Below the pieces are notes generated by a model. The model did no database searches. It saw nothing but the letters and a program-made list of their open reading frames with translations, and was not told the origin of the DNA. 64,000 nucleotides of DNA from the NCBI GenBank assembly GCA_964187785.1, contig OZ076409.1, positions 8,310,001-8,374,000 of the forward strand. The letters are read 5' to 3'. Source of the DNA: Amphiscolops sp. MND2022. Lineage: Eukaryota. Positions 59,770 through 64,000 of the stretch are shown piece after piece. The position numbers and the translations under genes are program-made. Within the stretch, counting starts at the first letter, position 1; each line of letters opens with the position of its first letter.

Positions 59770-62700
59770 TTTGGGTCGTTTTATTACAACCCAAAATTGC
59801 AACGTGAAAATCGTCTTTAAAAATGAGGATGGAACCAACGAATCAGTGGTGGTAAAAATTGTACAATCAATGGTAGAAGTCAAACAATGTGCTGTCAAAA
59901 AGAAAGAAACTGAACTATCCAAATGCACCCGAATCTGCACCCAAAACTTTCTGTGTAGAGTTGTTTCCCAAACGTGCGCCTAAACGAATACGAAGCTCAC
60001 CAGATGCAGAAAGAATGGCAACATTGAAAGCCCTTTGATTTGGAAAAGAAGCTCGATGAACCAGAAACAGACTTGCAAATACTATCAAATTGCCTTCAAG
60101 TGTCTTGAAATCAAAAAGAAAAACGATGTAACGTTAACTCAAAGCTTAAACCAAAAAACAGAAATTTTGACACGTTTGACTGCAATGTTTGTTGACCGAA
60201 CAATTCGTCAAAAACTCCGGAAAAAGTGTTTTTGAGGGATTGATATCCAAAAATAGTTTAATCAGATTAGTATCGGCAAATTTAGAATTTCTTGAAACTC
60301 TGGTTTCACAATGAAAACCTTCAGTACTTGCACTAAATGAAAAATTGTGGAACAACGAAACCGATGCAGAACTAATAAGCTCGAATGATAACAAAGATCA
60401 CTTGCTAGTACTGGAAATAGAAAGCGAGGATATGGACTAGCAATCAATGTTACTTTGAACACGGAAGCCGACTTATTACACACAGCTGAGTAATATTGAG
60501 TCAAAATCCGTGAAAACGAGTAACTCCAAAACGAAGAAGATTGATAATTTCTTGACTTCATTGTGAACCCTCCGGGAATAGAATTCAGTATCTAGAGCAC
60601 GTTGAAGAAATGTTTGACAGAATTGGTGATGCTGTGCAAATAAGTTGTGGTGACTTTGAAACTGGTTTGTTGAACGACAACATTGCACTGTGATCAACGT
60701 TGGAAAATTTGATGACAGCTCAAGGTTTGCATTTTCTTACCTTTCGAGACCCTAACAGAGAAACAGCTACATCTAGTGCATGTATAGACTCTATTTACAA
60801 CAACTTTCCTGTTCACATAACCCAACTCAAAACAACTATTTTCCTGATAATGAAACCTTAAATATACTTTTCAACATACACAGTGAAAGCAGAAAACATC
60901 TTCCAATATCGATCCCTGGGAAAATAAACAGACACATGTCACTGTTGTTCTACAAATCCTCTTCTACGCGATTCATTCTCTTTGTGAAGTTGATGAACGA
61001 AAGACAGCGACCCAATCGTATTTTGACAAATCGCACATCAAATAAAAGACCCAACGAAAAAACATTCCAGTGTTTAAAAAAATGAAGTCCTGATTTCAAT
61101 TAATTGTGGATACCCAAAATGGTATTAAAAGACATATAGCAAACAGAGATAAACACTTCCAGATATAGATTGAAACGAAATAAAATCAACGAATACGAGT
61201 AGAACGAAAACAAACGAAATGACCTCAATATGGAAGATGAAGAACAACGCCAAACATTATTCAAGCCAAAAGTGACCAACTTCAAACAATGGTATGAAGA
61301 AGACATTACGAGATATGTTTCTAAAGTCGAAGAACCAAAAACCTCGCAAAAAAGTAGTTCTTCATCTGTTGAAGTATTCAAGAAATACGTCTCATTTGCT
61401 GTTTACACCCCCGGCACAATCGTAGCTCACCAACGGAATAGTCAGCAAGCAAGTTGATCAACCGCAATCATTGTTCCTTGTCCGAGTACTGATGAAGAAA
61501 TTAAGAAACAATTTTCAACTTGAAGAACAAAAGACATGTTTGTTTTGTGTTGTAGAGAAGTCAGGAGTGTTTTTAAATCGGCGAATTGTTAGTCCTTTTT
61601 CAAAAACTGCATTCCACAAGTGTACGTATGCAAGCATTTTTCTTCAATTTAAAAAATTTTTAAAAGTGTCCTGATCTTCAAAACGGAAGAATGAAGATAC
61701 AGACCAAGGTACAGAATGAAGGTACACTATTTCAAGTCTGGGTAAGTCATAAGAGTAGTCTGAGAAGTGATACATAAAAAATTGACAAACAAAAAGTGCT
61801 ATTTTCTCAAAAACGATGCAGCTTCACAAAAAAATCGAACGTTCTATCCAAAACTGCAACATAAAAAAGTAGAAGCATGCTGTAAGTCCAAACTTTAAAC
61901 AAACATCGTTTTTGTTGACTTCAAGAAAGCATTTTGATGCAATTGTTGATAATGGGTTATTTGAAAAATTGAACAATATCTATATCAGGGGCTATTCACA
62001 TAAACTGTTGTCAAGGTATTAATCAAAAAGGATTTAGTACGTGAAAATTGAAGAAGAATAATGAAACATTAAATTATTAAAACGGGAAGTCACACAGCGA
62101 TCTATTCTAGGCCCTATTTCATTTATTGTTATTGTAAAAAAATGGTCTGGGTGCACAATAAAACTGGAGTAGAGTGAAATTATAATGTACGTTGATAATT
62201 CATTTATGACATAATAACTGAAATCTAAGCCTTAGTCCTGATATAAAAATTTGTTCATCGGATTGTAATTACACGAAACCTGTGTTTCTTCTGTTTGAGA
62301 AGAGATCTGTAAAACTCCATACGTAATTTTTGAGGATATTGATAAATCATCCTGTGGGGTTTAAGAATTCTTGGGCTTACATTTCGATTAATAGTGATCT
62401 TTGAAGAACACAGTTTTTATAATACTGCCAAACTCGCATGACATTGCGGCATCCTTCTCAAATTAATGGAAACGTTGAAAGAAAAAGAGAAATACAAAAC
62501 TTTCGTATATACTCATCACCTTTTTCTCTATGGGTTATGCCCAAAGACGAAACTGCACAAAGTTTTTTGACATCCAAAAATAGTAAGGGCAGCCCTAATG
62601 TTCCATACCAGGATCAGTGTTACAGAAAAACTCAGAGATCTAAAATTTGGAACTGTGTTTGAGTTTATTTTCAACGGGGTTCCCAAGTTTTCCCTTAGCA
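59770..62700 (+). pseudogene. Heavily degraded non-LTR retrotransposon (CR1/L2/Jockey-like APE + RT); boundaries approximate
   Basis: Frameshifted motifs appear in the expected order: CGDF (~60645), DFKKAF.DAIV (~61918) and VTQRSILGPISF (~62089). Confidence 0.65.
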
Positions 62701-64000
62701 AGGTATAAAATGGTTTCAGAAATCTCAGCAGTGGAACTCAAAACAGACAAACAAGAAAAAGAAGTCCAAGTATATGGAACCTCGCTTGAGAAAGTGACAG
62801 AATAGATTCTCGTGCAATAAGACTGATCAATTATCCCGCCCATGTGGGATGTTTTACTTTCTGGCAAAACGATATGCGAAATGGACGGGAAACAATTTCA
62901 AAACTACTATCATCCAATTGCAGATCTTTACTTTTTTTGGGAATGGTGAATTAATTGATCTCATTTACAAGTAGGGTGGTTTTTGTTTACGTTTTTACTC
63001 TTTTTGTTTAGATATTTAGAAGCGGATGAATAAATAAAAAAACCAAAAAAAAATATCTCCAAAAAGTTTCCTCTGGAAAAGCCTCAGTGCTTATTTGGAG
63101 CCTTTCCAGGGGCCAAGATAAACTAAAGTTTATGTTTATAGTTAATATAGATGGTTATATATAGCATACAATACAATCAGCGGAAACTGAAAGAAATATA
63201 TTGTGATCCCTGATAAATTCAATAATTATTATCTTTATTACTATTATAATTGACCTCTTGATAGAATAGCAATGATGGGCAATATTTTCAACGTAAAAAG
63301 TTTAGCTAGGAATGCTCACGAAATACATACCTTACAGATGAAATATCCAAAATGGAATAAATTTCAGTTCTGTGAAATACAAATTTCAGTGCTTTATAAT
63401 CAAGTAATTTGAGAATTTGAAATTTGAACCTACGATAAGTATCTAAACAGCAAGTTCTAGCAGGGAATCTTCATTAACGGCTGATTCAATTACGGAGTTG
63501 TAAATTTGAGCAAGAAGTGTCGCAATCCCATAACAGTAGTTTGCAGAAGATAGCGACATAGCTTGTCTCAGAACATGAAAGAAAAGAAAATACCGAGGAG
63601 AAAGGATTTCGAACTATTTCCGTTCACAGCCAGTCAAACAAAGTAGCTTTGTTTTTGAATAATGGTCAAATAATTGCCCTCAAAATGGCGGTGCACTTGT
63701 ATATAAAAGTTTTCAGGCCGGTGTAGCCAGGAAAATGTTTTTACAGTGAATTGTTCACGCGTGTTAAAATTAAAGTTCAAACTGAGATGACATCATAACG
63801 TATCCAAGGCTGGTGACAGGGCAATTGGCCGACCTTTCAACTGGCCGACTGTGCAGTTAGCCGACCCAATCGAATATGATTGGATGTCAGAAAAAAATAT
63901 ATTCTCAGTTTTGTTATGCAACAATACTGTATTTCGCGAGCAATCAAAAGTTGAATGCGTATCAAAAAATTGTTTGTGAACACTTCTCAACAACTACTCA

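Overview
This is AT-rich, repeat-dense eukaryotic DNA (an animal genome is inferred; the species cannot be determined) with no recognisable host gene. Almost all of it is transposable elements. Two related, very large Ty3/Gypsy LTR retrotransposons dominate: element 1 (28554-44157, minus strand, apparently intact, LTRs identical by eye, TSD AGGGG) and element 2 (47120-58697, plus strand, decayed and internally deleted, TSD GCTAG). Both share an unusual layout. The Gag N-terminus is encoded inside the LTR and gag reads through the PBS. An AAAAAAC -1 frameshift leads into pol. A third, non-env ORF runs across the PPT position and ends inside the 3' LTR. The most striking feature is an ANTISENSE, intron-containing gene (about 1209 aa in element 1) that looks like a full-length but catalytically dead hAT-transposase-fold protein with a BED/TTF-type zinc finger, placed head-to-head with ORF3 across a spacer with conserved motifs. 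Also present are an intact Penelope-like element (RT + GIY-YIG, hammerhead-bearing terminal repeats) with a PHD finger inside its RT palm, nested in a deleted Merlin DNA transposon; Tc1/IS630 and LINE fossils; several MITE/foldback elements; and two abundant short interspersed families with Helentron/HINE-like traits. All family assignments are by eye; no searches were run.
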